In this document: piece by piece, positions 61,182-64,000 of the stretch | Layout of the letters: each line of letters begins with the position of its first letter | Numbering within the stretch: the stretch's first letter is position 1 | Notes under the pieces: generated by a model | The model's input: the letters and a program-made list of their open reading frames with translations, nothing else | Database searches by the model: none | Told to the model about the DNA's origin: nothing | Assembly (NCBI RefSeq): GCF_036588685.1 | Contig: NC_086380.1 | Location: 38,564,001 to 38,628,000 of the forward strand | Direction of reading: 5' to 3' | Source: Mytilus trossulus | Lineage: Eukaryota | Length of the DNA stretch: 64,000 nucleotides | Translations under genes and position numbers: made by a program

Positions 61182-63467
61182 TTACAAGACAGATCTCATT
61201 AATAGTCCGTTTGTGGTTATACTTTTCGGTCTGCAGTCATTACCGTCCCGGAAGCTGTTTGATCGTGATCTTGGTGTACAGAATAGCAACTCAGGTCGAT
61301 TCAGTGATATTTCTTGAATCTGAAATAAACAGATAGAACAAATTTGAATAAATTTTGGTGACTTACATGTAAAATAAACAAAGAATAAAAAATTTTAGTC
61401 ATATAACAAATTATATATTATAGCTAGATTATTTATTTTTGAGAGGGAATTTAAAGCCTAGTCTTACTGAAAAAAACTTACAACGTATGATCAAAGTTTG
61501 AAAAGGGTATTTTTTTTAGATTTGTGACAAGCTATTTGTAGAAAGCATAATTATACATTTTAAGATAAAAATTAAATTTACGAAGAAAAGATCTACTATA
61601 GTAAGTCTTTTTCGAACATGAATGAAATATTTGCCACTGGACGTTTATCAATCAATCAATAAAAGAGAGACGAATAACGTGTCCAGCACGACTGAAAGAA
61701 TTTAAATGATTATCAATATAATATCTTTTTCTTGTTTACCTCTTTGAAAAGATCATTTGTCAATTTACAATTGGAGTACTCGTTCGCTGAGGCAATAAGA
61801 TCGTGAACAAGTTCAGGACGGATGCAGCTAACAGCAAACTCCCAGCATGCATTCTTCAGACATTCCAACTCGAACTTTTCTGCAGCATTCAACAATCCTA
61901 TAAAATAATTGAATGGGGTAAAATAGATATATATTTAAATTGATCACTTTCAACTTTTCAAGATATACGCAGATAGTTTTTAGTTTTGGAAGATGATATT
62001 TTTTACATTCATATCGGTTTATGTACTGTTTTTTTTCTGATAAATAACAATTTGTATGATGATGCATAACAATTTCACATTACAATATAAAAAAGGAGAT
62101 GTGGTATGGTTGCCAATAAGACAACTCTCCACAAAAGAACAAATGACACAGATCTCGAATTAACAACAGAGCCCTTACCGAATAGTCATTTATATAGTTA
62201 CGCAAAATATCCAAAGGACCTTTTCTACCGTAAAAGGCTGTCATCAACATTAAATGACTTTATGATTAATAAAAAAATTAACAAATTCATACAAGCTGAA
62301 TATGGACAAAACAATCGTGAAATTTGTATTGAAAAAAACGAACATGAAATAAGCAAAATGAGCTGTAAAAATATATCTTACCAACAACAGAAAACACGTC
62401 GACTGATACCATGCCACAGTGTATATAACGTACCAGTCTCTCAAATATAATTGGTTCAAATTCTTCTAGAACTATAGTCAACTTTCTTGAAATGGATGAT
62501 TCTGAAGTTGGGTATGATGGTTTAGAGGTCAGCAGTTTACGAATTTCTTTCAGTTTCTTCATAAATCCTAGTTTCTTCTGTGATTCTTGTATTTTAATTT
62601 CCTTTTCTTTAGCAAGGATCATCATATAAAACAGTCTGCAATTGAACAAAAATTCAAATGTTTATTAATGTAAATTTGCTAAAATTCATAAGATTTTTTG
62701 TTTGTTTGCATCGTGGTAACCATTATGCCTTAAACATTTGCCATTTACTAGTACTAAAACACAGAAAACTTATCAAAAGATTCTTAAATATTAGAATCAT
62801 TTAGAATTTGCTGAAATTATTAAATTTAACATTAGTAATATGATGTTTAAATCAATTATAATAAAGCATGTTCTGTTACCTGCTTCTGGATGCTAATATT
62901 GCTCTCAGTCCGTGGATTGAATATTGCTCGGGACCAACTAGGAACGTAACATCGCATAGATCAGGAACGGACAGTATATACTTTAAATCTTCACACAAAG
63001 CCTGCTTGTCCTTCAGAACCATTAACTGTGATTCTTCTTCATCATAACAACACGTGTAAAATTCGTCTGAAAACACAAAAGATATTGCAATTATTTTAAA
63101 TCAAATATGTGATTGATAACAAAATACTTTTACAATAAACAGTAATTGTTTCTTAATTAATTTTTCAATATATATGTATTTTATTTTTTTGTGTAAATCA
63201 GCGATTTGAATTTTGTTACCTAATATAATCAGTGTGGTATAGAATTCAGCGTGCAATGATTCAACATATATATTTTTTTTTACCTTACATGTTATTTGTT
63301 TTGCATATAATTCAACGTACAATTATGATTCAATCAAAACAGCTTTAAAGATTGATATTTGCAAACAAAAATATATCAGAAACTTGTATTGAAAATATTA
63401 AAATTATTTAACATGTATTCATAGATTGTACTTAGTACTAACCTTGGAAAACGGGATTATGTGCCAT
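61182..63467 (-). CDS. BTB/POZ-domain protein, paralogue B, 253 aa
   Basis: Exons 63467-63443, 63066-62880, 62635-62382, 61897-61740 and 61319-61182. Exon lengths (25/187/254/158/138) are identical to paralogue A and the frame is open. Confidence 0.93.
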
Positions 63468-63778
63468 TTTATCTGAGATTTTTCAGGTTCTTTCTGTCTT
63501 TTCTAAGATACAAATTAGTTTATAATATTGTTGGAAATATTTCCATACTTATATTAGAAAGTTGTTTTTATAGCTAAGTACATCGTATAGCGAGTAATGG
63601 TTAAGACTCAACTTTTTAATGAAAACAAAACGTCTGGAGTACTCAATGGTGTTGTTATAATCATGACAGTATATTGATTGTTTAATTTCTAAAGTAGATC
63701 GGTGTTTTCTTTAGTGTACACATGCATTTTACCTTTTTTTTTTTTTTTAATAAACATTTACTATGATAACAAAGTTAA

Positions 63779-64000
63779 AGGAGTAGGTCCAGTAAGACCC
63801 CTTTTTGGCCCTAAAATATAGCTGTTTTACAAAGTTGTTAAAATATAAACTTTTAGTTATTTATTGGACAGTAGAATGCTTCTGCTACATAAAAATTGGC
63901 TGTTTTTGACAATACAATGCACATTTTTCGGGTACTAGCACCATAAAGACATGCTAAATTACTGACATCTTCACAATTCTAGCATTGTAGTTAAATTTTA
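63779..64000. mobile_element. Probable left end of a TTAA-targeting element, cut by the window edge
   Basis: TTAA|AGGAGTAGGTCC... begins shortly after homology to the paralogue A upstream region ends. The other end is not in the window. Confidence 0.35.

Noticed and set aside
45336-63720. BTB duplication as an uncollapsed haplotype artefact
   Set aside because: Synonymous and intron divergence is high and the copies carry different repeat insertions, which fits true paralogues better. Not fully excluded without read depth.
1-64000. Most short 60-130 aa ORFs in the track
   Set aside because: Low-complexity F/I/L/K-rich translations of AT-rich introns and repeats, many with non-ATG starts and no domain motifs.

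Overview
AT-rich eukaryotic genomic DNA with spliceosomal introns. The repeat families (hammerhead retrozyme, Helentron-like elements, Penelope-like fragments) suggest a bivalve mollusc, probably a Mytilus mussel; this is inference. Host genes rebuilt from splice sites: a 9-finger C2H2 zinc-finger gene (+, 14.6-15.4 kb); a 5-exon secreted protein (-, 23.6-31.3 kb) with signal peptide, SUEL/Gal-lectin-like domain, CUB-like domain, Thr-rich linker and a Cys-rich, very basic tail, whose first, second and fourth exons are absent from the ORF track and which needs a GC-AG intron; and two intact tandem paralogues of a 253-aa BTB/POZ protein (-, 45.4-47.7 kb and 61.2-63.5 kb). Ankyrin and B-box gene relics are also present. 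The rest is densely nested mobile DNA: a young but disabled hAT with a 5-bp TSD, AcademX, Harbinger (with a spliced MADF gene), two Transib-like CAC...GTG elements, Kolobok-like MITEs, a Helentron-like element, Penelope-like RT fragments, a 32-bp satellite with a 796-bp higher-order duplication, and type I hammerhead ribozymes in a 346-nt retrozyme. The most unusual pattern is three unrelated elements each built from two diverged copies of the same end in inverted orientation. I found no evidence for a prokaryotic-type system (CRISPR, operon, rRNA or tRNA).
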